From Lama guanicoe (taxonomy: Eukaryota): a stretch of 64,000 nucleotides of DNA. The stretch spans positions 595,098 through 659,097 of the forward strand of contig MU054096.1 of the NCBI GenBank assembly GCA_013239625.1, in the 5' to 3' direction. Both the position numbers and the translations under genes were made by a program. Below the pieces are notes generated by a model. The model saw only the letters and a program-made list of their open reading frames with translations. It made no database searches and was not told the origin of the DNA. Below, piece after piece: positions 13,856 through 24,910 of the stretch (within the stretch, counting starts at the first letter, position 1; the number at the start of each line of letters is the position of its first letter).

Positions 13856-14599
13856 ATCATACAGCTTTAGATTCCATAGTCATTTGCTATCTCTGGACCT
13901 TTTATTTAAATTCTGCCTTATACTGGAAGAAACCCCAAGTGGCTCTAAGGACCAGTTTATAGGATTTGGTGTAGTGTTCAGATTTTTAATGTTTTTCTGA
14001 ATCTACACCACAGTATCAGAATGAATTTTGAAAGCGTTGGTTCTTATTTAAGGTGGTTTAAAACAGGATTGTGTCTAGAAATCTTCATTTATAACTTGCA
14101 CCAAAATAATTGAATCTTGCCTCTTAAATGATTGACATATTCCCTCTGCCCTAACATACATAAAAATTTTTAAAAGGCAGACATCCTTCCCTCTGTGGGA
14201 TCATCTTAATAATACATTGTAAGAATGACCTCAAGAAGGAATGAAACCTACTGGAAAATTGATGATTTGAATTAAAAAAAAAAAGAATTCTGTCTCAAAA
14301 AGACCATACTTTCAGCATTCAGGTCCATGGTTTCTCTGTTTCCCACAACTGGGGGATCACGAGAGCAGAGCTGGAAAGACGAAGGCGAAAGCGGAAGCAG
14401 CCCTGCGCCTCGAGAGTAGCATTTTTATTGGCAGAAAAGGATTTCTTTATATGTCACATGAAAACCTCCAGTGTGTTTTACCCAAAACAGGGGAACTCTC
14501 CCACTGAACCACCACTCATCTGCCAAATGAGGAATCATTATTGTTATAATCCAGTCTACAACTTTCACCACCCGACGCAAAGCATGAAAATGTATTTTT

Positions 14600-15715
14600 T
14601 CATTATGGTCTAGCTTTCTTCTGAAACTCCCGCCTTTTCCTCATTGCCACCACCGTGATGGATTTAACGCACACGAGATGAGTTTGATCTGGGTGGCTTT
14701 TATATGTGGCTTCTTTCTCTTACGATGTTGTCAGCGTTCGGCTGAGTTGTACCGTGCATGTATACTTCCATGTTTTCCAGTGTGATTCAATCTATACAAC
14801 GTAACATTTCCATTTAACAGCTTGAAGTCTGCAGTTCCGTGACATTAACTGCATTCACATCGTTGCAGAAATACCCTCAGCTTCCATCGCCGGTACTTTT
14901 TACCAAGAGAAACTACGTCCATTAAACTCTAACTCTCCTCAGCCCCTGGCAACCGCCATCTACTTTCTGTCTCCAATTTTGAGCTCTCCGAATACCTCTT
15001 CTAAGGGGAATCAAATAACGTTTGTCCTTTTGCGACAGGTTGTTTCACTGAGCAGGATGACTTCAGGGTTCATCCGCGTTGTGCATGTATCAGAATTTCC
15101 TTCGCTTTTTAAGGCTGAATCACGTTCCTTTGTGTATGTATCACGTTTTGTTTAGAGATTCATCCGTCCAGGGATACTTGGCTCATTTTCACCTCGTGGC
15201 CAGTGTGAATAGTGCTGCTGTGCATACAGGTGTACAAATACCTGTTTCAGTCCCTGCTTTCAAACCTTTTAGTTATACACCCTGATGTGAAATTGATAGC
15301 TCATATGTTAATCCTATGTTTAAGTTTTTGAGGAACTACGGTGATATTTTCCACAATGGCTGCTCCCTTTTACTTTATTTCTTCATATGGCAGAATAACA
15401 TCAAAGTTTATGAATCCTACCCTATTTTGCTTATCCATTCATCCACTAGTGGACATTTGAGTTGTTTCTACCTTTGGGCTGTTTGGATTGTGCTGTTATG
15501 ACTATTCAAGTACAATTTTTTTGTTTGAACACATTTTTAATTCTTTGGGGGTATATATCTAGGAGTGGAGTTGTTGAACCAGCTGGTGATTTTATTTTTT
15601 TCTTTTTGAGGAAATGCCAAACTATTGTGTATACAGTCTGCACCATTTTACATTTCCACGAACAGTGTGTGGGGGTTCCAGTTTCTCTACGTTGTTGCCA
15701 ACATTTTTATTTTTA
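14600..15715 (-). mobile_element. Old L1 (L1MB-type) 3' fragments, unusually CpG-rich in 14640-15200
   Basis: AGCCCCTGGCAACCGCCATCTACTTTCTGTCTC and TTTTTAAGGCTGAAT motifs; at least two fragments. Confidence 0.8.
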
Positions 15716-15717
15716 CC

Positions 15718-15855
15718 TTCTTTTTTTTTCTTTTTGGGGCAGTAGTTAGGTTTGTTTGTTTGTTTATTGTTTTTTAAAGGAGGTACTGGGAATTGAACCC
15801 TGGACCTCGTGTCTGCTGAGCACACCCTCTACCACTTAGCTATCCCCTCCCCACC
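15718..15855 (-). mobile_element. vic-1-type SINE
   Basis: GGAGGTACTGGGAATTGAACCC..CTCTACCACTTAGCTATCCCCTCCCC. Confidence 0.9.
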
Positions 15856-15989
15856 CTTATTTGTTCCTTCTTGATTACCAACAGTCAGTGTCTGTGCAAA
15901 AAAGAGAAGAATTTCTTGATCAAAAAAGCAAAAACAAGAACAAAATAATCTGATCTTTTTTGAAAAGAGAGAGGCAAGCCAAGAGTCGT

Positions 15990-16700
15990 TAGAGCAGATC
16001 TTGCCCTTGGAGGTTTTGGTCCCCTGATATATCATTAAGTTTTTACAAATATGTTGCCTGTATTTAAAAACAAGTCATTTTCTAGAAAGTCTGAACTTCT
16101 GGGTCTCTTGAGAAGGACTGAAAACACTGGAGTCACATTCCCACAGACAACAGCCAGGTGGAGCTGGGCACTGGGTCCCCCTCTAGAAAGTTAACACACC
16201 CTCCATTTCACCCGTCCCCACACATCTGTTGGCTGGAAGTGAAGGATTCTGTACATAGCATATGTCCTGAGAGCACAAAGAAACGGCAGAGGAGTTTTCC
16301 TGACAGCACCAAACAGCCTACATCTCACCACCATTCCATCTGCCATGCCGCCCAGGACCTGCGCCCACTTGGACTTATGCTCTGTGGCTTAGACGTATCG
16401 AGTCACTGGCAGGACCTGCACTGACTCGGACTTATGGTCTGTGGCTTAGACACATCGAAGTCTGAAGGGACAGAACTCAGCAGTTTTACCATCACCTGCA
16501 GAAGGGACTGTCTTGGGCCACATGTACCCACCAACTCACATGCACCCAAGTTTTGTGTTCTGATGCTTGCTAATGCTAAATACAAATATCCTATTTTCTA
16601 TTCAGATCTGTTATTTCATTTATAAAAGTGCTGTTTATAACCTACTAGATTGATTTCAGAACCCTCAATAGGTCGTAACCTGAAGTTTGAAAAACACAGT
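15990..16700. mobile_element. hAT-Charlie fossil fragments (MER102-like at ~15990-16260; Charlie terminal repeat at ~16640-16700)
   Basis: AACACTGGAGTCACATTCCCACAGACAACAGCCAGGTGGAGCTG; terminal GGTCGTAACCTGAAGTTTGAAAAACACAG. Confidence 0.5.
16353..16462. repeat. Local tandem duplication, 57-bp period, 2 copies
   Basis: CAGGACCTGC..GGACTTATG(C/G)TCTGTGGCTTAGAC..ATCGA starts at 16353 and 16410. Confidence 0.9.
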
Positions 16701-16784
16701 CTAAGGAACATGCTGATAATTTATCTCCCAGATTTTTTAAATTCTTTCTCCCTCCTAGTGGTTGTAAGAAAGTAATGTCTACAT

Positions 16785-17005
16785 GATATTATTTTATTTT
16801 TGACATATTGTATGAAGGTAATATATTATATTTTAATATATTACATTAATTTAATATATTATATCAGTCTAATATATTTTAATATATTAATTCAATGTAT
16901 TTTAATGTATCAATTTAATATATTACTCTTTTAGTATATTGATTTAATACAATATATTAAATATATATTAAATTAATATGTTAATATTTTATAAAATTAT
17001 ATTTT
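16785..17005. repeat. AT-rich low-complexity tract built from TAATATATT-like units
   Basis: Almost purely A/T over ~220 bp. Confidence 0.85.
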
Positions 17006-17849
17006 GCCCTTGCCTTTCATCAAGGAAAAGATATCACCGTATGTCTGCAGCGTGTCCTTTGCAGGGCAGTATTCCTTTTGTGTTCCTCTTGGAGTTCAAG
17101 AAAATGTGTGGTCCTGACTGGTATACAGTATTATACTAGATAGTTACCATGGAATAACCTCTTTTATTTCCTATTTTTCCACAACTGTTGGAAACCTTAA
17201 AACTTTGGTACATGTCTGCTGTAGCTTTTCTTAACCTGGGCTTTCTAGTTTGATTATTTCTTCCTCCATCTCTCCAAGTTCATTGTCCTCGCCTTCATCA
17301 GTTCTCACCTAAATTACTACAGTAACTACTAACCCCTGTCCCTGCTGCCTCTCCTTCTAATCCTTACTCCACCTGCTGCAGAGTGATTTTTCCAAAACAC
17401 AGAACTTGGCGATGTAAAACAGAAAAACGATCACGCCCACGCTGCAGAGCGTTTCAGGGCCACTTCCAAGTGCCTTGGCTGGAAACTGGGTTAGATCAGC
17501 CCTCTGCCAGGCTTAGTGTCTCATGGACAGCATTTGAAAATTTGCATCGCATGCACATGTGCTGACTTGTCGAACTCCTGACTTGCCACACGTAGCCCAT
17601 CACATTCATTTCAGTTACCTGCAAGACCCCAAAGGCTTTAGAATTCATAATTCTTATTAGAAGGTTAAGAGGTCCAGGAGGGGTGATCATATAGGGTCCT
17701 TCTCATCATGACCCATTTTGTCTCCCACATAACCGCATTTGCTTCTGTCTTTCATATCCTTTCTGGGTTTGATTCTAAACATGCCTGAAATCCCAGAGAA
17801 AAGAACTGTCTTCCTACCAGTCTAAATAAGTAAACAAACAAATAAGTAA

Positions 17850-18180
17850 AACTCAGGTAAAGTACTGAGAACAGCATCCCTGATTAGGTGGCATTTAAGC
17901 TGAGACTTGGAGGCAGAGGAGCAAGCTGTGCAAAGATCCAGACAAAGAATCTTCTAAGAGAAGTAACAGCCCGTGCAAAGGACCTGCAGCAAAAAAGAGG
18001 CTGGTGTGTGAGGCCAGTGTGCTTGAGGCTTAGTAAGAAAGAGCAAGAATTGTTGTGAGGTTGAAAACAATGCCAGGGTTTGAAACATGAAGGGTTTGGA
18101 ATGTGAAGCACCCCATGGACTGCAATAAGGAAGTTGGATGCTAGTGACCCTGTGTTCATTTTTAATGTGAAGAGATCTCA
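17850..18180 (-). mobile_element. L2 fragment
   Basis: GGTGGCATTTAAGCTGAGACTTG..AACAGCCCGTGCAAAGGACCTG. Confidence 0.65.
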
Positions 18181-18200
18181 GAATTTAGGATTTAAGATCT

Positions 18201-18300
18201 GGGGGAGGTTCCAGGATGGCGGAGTGCAAGGACGCATAGCTCTCCCCCTCCCATGAACACACCAGAAATTACATCTAAAAATGGAACAGTTGGCACAAAA
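18201..18300 (+). mobile_element. Isolated L1 5' end (5' UTR start) flanked by an apparent TSD
   Basis: GGGGGAGGTTCCAGGATGGCGGAGTGCAAGGACG resembles the L1 5' terminus with its YY1 motif; flanks TAGGATTTAAGATCT / TAGAAGTTAAGATCT. Confidence 0.75.
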
Positions 18301-18816
18301 TAGAAGTTAAGATCTAGAAATAAAATGAATTCTGTACCTCCAAACAGGAAAAAAATACTATTATTTTGTATTCTTCAGTAGCTAAGCAACTATTCTCTTC
18401 TCTGACAGTAATAAATAAACGGCATTTTACTGAAATTTCAGGGCTATCATAGTCTTTTATCCTCATTTGAGAAATTCTGGATCCAGCCAGAACGTTGCCC
18501 CAGCTACAAATTAAGTCCATGTTAAGCTCAGAGAAGGATCTTGTATCTCGAGCCTCTGATTGCTGGAGTGTAGAATCAGAGACATGTCAGCTAGAAGGAA
18601 TCCTAGACTTACGTGGTGCAAGTTCCCACCCAAGGAACGGGGATCATTCCAATCCTGCTTGAAAGTTGCACTGAAGACGCAACACAGAGCCACTGCCATT
18701 TTGAAGCAGATCTGATAGAGAGTAAATGACTTCAGTTCTGTTCTCATCACATGTATCACAACACTCAGATATTTAAAGGAAACTGAAAAGTCTCTCCATT
18801 AAAATGTTCTCTCTTT

Positions 18817-18949
18817 GTAGGGGAGGGTATAGCTCAGTGCTAGAGCACGTGCTTAGCTTGCACGAGGTCCTGGGTTCAATCCCCAATACCTCCATTGAAA
18901 TAAATAAGTTAACCTAATTACCTCCCCTCCAAAACAGATAAACAAAATA
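18817..18949 (+). mobile_element. vic-1-type SINE with TSD
   Basis: Full head; direct repeat ATTAAAATGTTCTCTCTT at 18798-18815 and 18950-18967. Confidence 0.95.
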
Positions 18950-19189
18950 ATTAAAATGTTCTCTCTTCAAAGGCAAATAACAGAAACAAATAATTGTTAC
19001 CTTTTTTTCTTTTTGGCTATTTACAACACATGCCTGTGAAAATTGTTCTACATGTTTTATCCCATTTAATCTTCTCAGTTCTGCCCCGAGGTGGTTGTGG
19101 CCAGCTCTGCTCCATCTCTCTTGCCTGCCCTTCTGCCACAGAGGACAGCAAAGCAAATGCTCTTTTCCTCATCAGTCTTGCAGTTAGGA

Positions 19190-19575
19190 GAGCTCAGTTT
19201 TGGCTAAGGAGACACAGAGGAAAATCTGTTAGGGGGATCCTGAGAAGACTCTTTCTCCCTTTTGAAAGGAGGGGTACATGTTTCTCTCTCATTCCCCTGC
19301 CTGGTGTCTCTGCCTCCAGCTTGTGGACTTGAAAGACTAGACTTGGATGAGATGTCTGGAGCCACTGCTGCCATTTCAGCACCAGTGGGAAAATGAAGGA
19401 TACACAGCAAACCTAGAACCCTCACATCATGGCACTGGCGAGACACCTGAGGACCATTCAACTTCACCTCCACCTCCAGGTGTTTTCACGAGTAAACAGG
19501 CGATGTCCTTATGGACTGAGCCAAGGTTAGCTGGTTCTTCAGTCACCTAAAGCCACCATCACCCTGGCTGCTAGA
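19190..19575 (+). mobile_element. Old MaLR LTR (MLT1J/K-like)
   Basis: GATGTCTGGAGCCACTGCTGCCATTT and 3'-end GCTGGTTCTTCAGTCACCTAAAGCC. Confidence 0.5.
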
Positions 19576-20014
19576 GTGGGTAGTGTTTTTATCCTCTTCA
19601 CAAATGATGAAGCAGACTCAGAACAAAAACTTAATGTCCTCCAGTTTCCTGAACCAATGTCTACGCCATGTTTTTCAGGTCCTGCATTATACTGGGCAGC
19701 CTCATATTGTCATAACTTGTTTTCTCAGTATCTCTCCTTTGAGATTCTTGAAGCCAATGCAGTCCCTCCATAATGTGACTAGTGTGCAGACAGTGGGAGG
19801 ATGTTAACCTTCATGTTCTGAACACTTATTTCCGTGAACACAGGCTGGAATTCCAAGAGCTTTCGGCTCACCCTCATGTTGACTCATGTTTAGATTTCTT
19901 ATTTCCCCCAACTTCCCTCTGACCTTCTACTATTTTAGAGAATTAAAAAGAATTGTGGAGGAAGCATCTCCTGTAGTCATCTGCCTTTATACACACATGG
20001 GATAATGTATGATT

Positions 20015-20500
20015 CTTTTTTTCCCAGATTTATTGACATGTAATTCACATGTGGCATTGTATATGTTTAATACATGTGTATATTGCAAAATGATGACCCC
20101 CAACATGTGTAGTTAACACCTCCATCACCTCACATCATACTATTTCTGTTTAGTGGTGAGAACATTTATGACCTACACTCTGCACAACTTTCAAGGATAT
20201 GACAGTATTCACTGTAGTCACCACGCAGTGCATTAGTTCCCAGAACTTATTCATCTTATAACTGGAAGTGAACACCTTTGACCAACATCTCTGCATTTCT
20301 CCTGCACCCCGACCCCTAGCAGCCACCATTCCACTCTTGATTTCTATGATTCAGCTTTCTTAGATTTCACATATAAATGAGAACCCGGAGTATGTTTCCC
20401 CCATTGATCTTTTCCACTTAGCTTAATGCCCTCAAGGTCCATCCATGTTGCCACAAAAGGCAAGCTTTCCAAGATAAAAATGTCTGAATAATATTCCATT
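20015..20500 (-). mobile_element. L1MA-type 3' end
   Basis: AGTTAACACCTCCATCACCTCACAT, CCAGAACTTATTCATCTTATAACTGGAAGT. Confidence 0.8.
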
Positions 20501-20506
20501 ATTATG

Positions 20507-20600
20507 ACAGCTCTTCCTTGGCTTACACTGGGGTTATGTCCCGATAAATCCAGTGTAAGTTGAAATATCATAAGTCAAAGATACACTATTTACCCTGACA
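20507..20600. mobile_element. Tigger5/MER47-like terminal fragment
   Basis: CTTACACTGGGGTTATGTCCCGATAAATCCAGTGTAAGTTGAAATATCATAAGTC. Confidence 0.6.
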
Positions 20601-21836
20601 CTCAGTCTGATCTATTATTTTTGGACTCTCTAACTGCTGATCTGCCCAGAACACATGGTTGGTCAATGAATATGTCACGTGGGTTAGAATTGAGTACTGT
20701 GATGGAACTAGTGATCAGGCAGAAGGAAGGGAGGAAGGAAGGAAGGGAGGGAGGGAGCACAGCCAAGATCTACTGCAGTTACAACTTCTCTTTGATCCCT
20801 CAATCTCATCTCCTTTCACAGGAGGAGAGCACAAAAGGGTCTGCTTCTGGTCGAATCTTTGACTTGTTCTCCTGTCGTTTCCCATTCTTTTCATAGGAAT
20901 CAAAATTAGTCTCTAAGGCTGGACTTTCTTTGTTTCCCCTAATAACACATTACTTTTTTTAATCTAATCTTAAAGAATTTCACTAGGTCTCCATGAGTAC
21001 CCTATTGCCCTGAGATTAGGCATAGGGTCAATTCTTTACATCAAATTTCAGAAGAACTTAATGTGGATCTTTATCATCATTTTAATCGACTCTCACCACT
21101 TTGGTTTAATTTTATCCTACTTCCTCTCCCATGGGGAGCCTGTTCTAGATTTTGGCTCACTTACTGCAATAAGTAGAAACATCTTTTAGCTTAAAAGTCT
21201 AAATAAGGCTGAGATAAACATGTCTGAAGTTCACAGTTACCAAAAGAACTTGTTATAGCTAAAACCAGAAAGAGATTTGGGAAACAATGATTTATAAAGA
21301 CGGTTAGTATTATTTGAAGTGTTCTCTTATCTGGTAAAGATGAGGTCAAATAAGAAAAACAGTGATACGAGTTTCTCTGAGAACATATTTAGAAATACTT
21401 TATTGCTCTGACTCTAATTGAGCATTGCAGAATATGACGTTATAGAAATGTCCTCTTCATGCGTGACTTCACACAGTGCAGCCTCGGGAGGAACGTGCTA
21501 TCCCTGCCCTTGCGTCTCACCCACGTGATCTTAGAAGGGTCATTGCAAGCACCAGGGCCATGTTGAAATCAGCGTTCACAAAAGAGGCCCACATGGCTTT
21601 TTTGGGCCTAATATCAAGGCATCAAAAATTGCTGGAGCATGGATAGATTCAGAGCTAGAGTGTCTGTCTACTCACCCATTGTCTCCTGCTCCAAACCAGC
21701 AGAAGCAGCGGATCACAGCCCTAGACCCATGGGGTCAACTGTGATGCCAGAGGGCTGTGCCTTAGGGCTCATGCCTCCCTCTGCCTAAACTCGCCAGAAG
21801 GGGCACCAACTGTGACCTGACCTATACCCTACACAA

Positions 21837-21852
21837 TGCCAGTAGGGGGCCA
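21837..21852 (+). promoter_or_regulatory. Candidate CTCF motif
   Basis: TGCCAGTAGGGGGCCA matches the first 12 positions of CCASYAGRKGGCRS; motif only, no binding data. Confidence 0.35.
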
Positions 21853-21981
21853 AACCCCCAGGGAAACAGCCCTCACAGCCCGAAATACCCAGACACATGA
21901 GGAGTGCAGTCTGTAGAAACAGACACTCTGTGGATGTGAATAGATTCATGGGACCAGTGGATCTGTACTTTAAAGTAAGCA

Positions 21982-22675
21982 TTTATGGAAAACGGTATGG
22001 AGATTCCTCAAAAAACTAAAAATAGTCTTACCACATGATCCGGCAATCCTACTCCTAGGTGTATATCCAGAGGGAACTCTAATTTGAAAAGATACATGCA
22101 CCCCAGTGATCATAGCAGCACTATAAACAGTAGCCAAGACATGGAAACAACCCAAATGTCCATCAGCAGATGACTGGATAAAGAAGCTATGATATATTTA
22201 TACAATGGAATACTACTCAGCCATAAAAAATAAAATAAAATAATGCCATTTGCAGCAACATGGATGGACCTGGAGATCGTAATTCTAAATAAAGTGAGCC
22301 AGAAAGAAAAAGAATAATACCATATGGTATCACTCATATGTGGAATCTAAAAAAAAGAGGACTCTAATGAACTCACCTACAAAACAGAAACAGACTCACA
22401 GACATAGTAAACAATCTTACGGTTACTGGGTGAAAGAGGGTGGGAAAGGATAAATTTGGGAGTTTGAGATTTGCAAACGTTAACCATTATATATAAAAAT
22501 AGATTTAAAAAAACAAATTTCTTTTGTATAGCATGGGGAACTGTATTCAATATCTTGTCATAATCTTAAAAAGAATATGAAAATGAATATATGTTTATGT
22601 TTGCATGACTGGGACATGATGCTGTACACCAGAAACTGACACATTGTAACTGGCTATACTAGTAAAAAAAAATGA
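21982..22675 (+). mobile_element. Young camelid-type L1, 5'-truncated
   Basis: ORF2 end and full 3' UTR; degenerate TSD AAGTAAGCA / AAGTGAGCA. Confidence 0.93.
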
Positions 22676-24184
22676 AGTGAGCACTAATTGCCTAGTAATC
22701 TGACATAGGACACTGGAGAACTGAAGTCCCAGTAAATAGAGGAAAGCATGTCCAGTCAAGGGCAGCAAGTCGGTCAGGAATTTGCTGTAAGTCCATGGTG
22801 ACACCTGTAATATAAATAAAATTACTAGTAGTTCTTACAAGGACCCAGACCCATAAAAACCAAGCAAGCAAGCAAGCAACCAATAGCAGCTACAGTTAGT
22901 ATCAACAATGCTGGGCCTCTTGGAGCAGGGCTTTGAACCATAGCTTTAAGATGGGTAAAAATAGGGTTGGGGAGGGGGGAGTCTGAGGGCATTCAAGGCA
23001 GGCAGACAATGTGCATGAAAGCACAGAGGTGAGACGGAAAAAAACCCTGACGTGGAAAAAGCATGTGGGTTCTCTGGCTTGAGCTGAGAAAGTATTATAA
23101 AGAATGAGGAAAGCAGAGAAAAGTGATGTAGGTTATTGAATAAAAGGTTAAGGAGTTCACATTTTGTATACTAGGCTGAAGGAAGCCACTGGAATTCTAA
23201 AGCAGGTAATTGACAGCTTTCCATTTTACTGCGTTGATATGTAGGAGTTTGTAAAAATACACACAAAATCCCATTCACTGACTTTCTTTTCAAACCTGCC
23301 CTCACTCACACAACCTAACATCCATGCAGTTAAAGTCTGGAGGCATCACCAGTTCTCCGATGGGAGACCTGGCGGCAAACAGGAGCTTCAGGTTTTCACG
23401 ATAATATATTTGGATTTTTGTTACCCTTCTTAGCCAATCTCAGTTTCCAGAAAAGTCATCCCGAAGAAGAGTGCTCTTAGAATTTTTATGTGATCATTGA
23501 CCTACTAAAATGTCACGGTCAAGGTGCTGGGCTAACTAGGATTAATGCATTTTTGACACACTGAACATGAAAAAGTATTCCTTGTCAGTCAATTAGCTTA
23601 TTGTCCATGCTTACTGAACCGTTTTGGGAATCCTTATTGTGAATTCTGAGGATAAGATTAGGAATGTGTTTACAATTGCTTTTTAAAAAAGGCACTGTTA
23701 TCTATGTATTTTGTCCTCAAATCCTCATACGAAAAGGTGCCCATGTACTAATTGCTCCGTTCAGGTCCATACACCTTATAATTGGGTATTTCCCAGACCT
23801 TAGTCCAAGTTTGTCATTTGTTTGTTTGTTTGTTTATTCTCTAAACTGGGATTTTGATAAGAATTGAGTATTAAGTAATTTGAGACTATCTTCTTAGGTC
23901 TGGTTTGGTTTTGTTTTAAATTTATTTTTAGCATAGAGTACATCCAAATAATTTTAGATATCAAAGAATGCTGAGCAAAGAGCCATCAGTCTCTTGAAGC
24001 CTCTTTCACAATTCCTGGCAACTGTGCCCACAGTAAATCAGTGTTTTGTTTTGTTTTGTTTTGTTTTGTTTTGTTTTCTCCTCTGACATTTACATCAGTA
24101 TTTTAAAATAACATATACAATGTTTTTTCTTGATTCTGGCTGGAAACTAGAAAGAATCACTGTTGCCAAGATCAATGTTATTTT

Positions 24185-24910
24185 AATTCTTTTTTAAATT
24201 GAATTATAGTCAGTTACAATGTATCAATTTCTAGTGTGCAGCGTAATGCTTCAGTCATACATGAACCTACATATATTCATTTTCATATTCTTTTTCACCA
24301 TAGGTTACTATAAGATACTAGTTCCCTGTGCTGTACAGTATGAACTTGTTGTTTATCTGTTATATAGTAGTGTGTATCTGCAAATCTCAGACTCCCAATT
24401 TATCCCTTCCCACCGTCTTCCCCTCCCTGGTAACCGTAAGTTTGTTTTCTATGTCTGAGAGTCTGTTTCTGTTTTGTGAATAAGTTCTTTTGTCTCTCTT
24501 TTTTTTTTTTAGATTCCACATATAAGTGATATTGTATGGTATTTTTCTTTTTTTTTCTGGCTTGCTTACTGTGATTTTAATCACAGTTCAGTTGTTCACT
24601 TAGAATGATGATCTCCATACTGTGTAGCACAGGGAAATACATGCAGGATCTTGTGGTGGCTCACAGCGAAAGAGAATGTGACAATGAATGTATGTATATT
24701 CATGTATAACTGAAAAATTGTGCTCTACACTGGAATTTGACAGAACATTGTAAAATGACTATAACTCAATAAAAAAGTGTAAAAAAAAAAAGAATGAATG
24801 ACGATCTCCAGGTCCATCCATGTTGCTGAAAATGGCATTATCTTATTCTTTTTTTATGGCTGAGTAGTATTCTGTTGTATAAATATACCACAACTTCTTT
24901 ATCCAGTCAG
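24185..24910 (-). mobile_element. Young L1 3' end, interrupted by a nested L1
   Basis: AATTGAATTATAGTCAGTTACAATG..; resumes after 24790 with GATCTCCAGGTCCATCCATGTTGC. Confidence 0.92.
24618..24790 (+). mobile_element. Nested short L1 3' end with TSD
   Basis: GCTCACAGCGAAAG..CATGTATAACTGAAAAATTGTGCTCTACACTGG..poly-A; TSD GAATGATGATCTCCA / GAATGACGATCTCCA. Confidence 0.92.
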
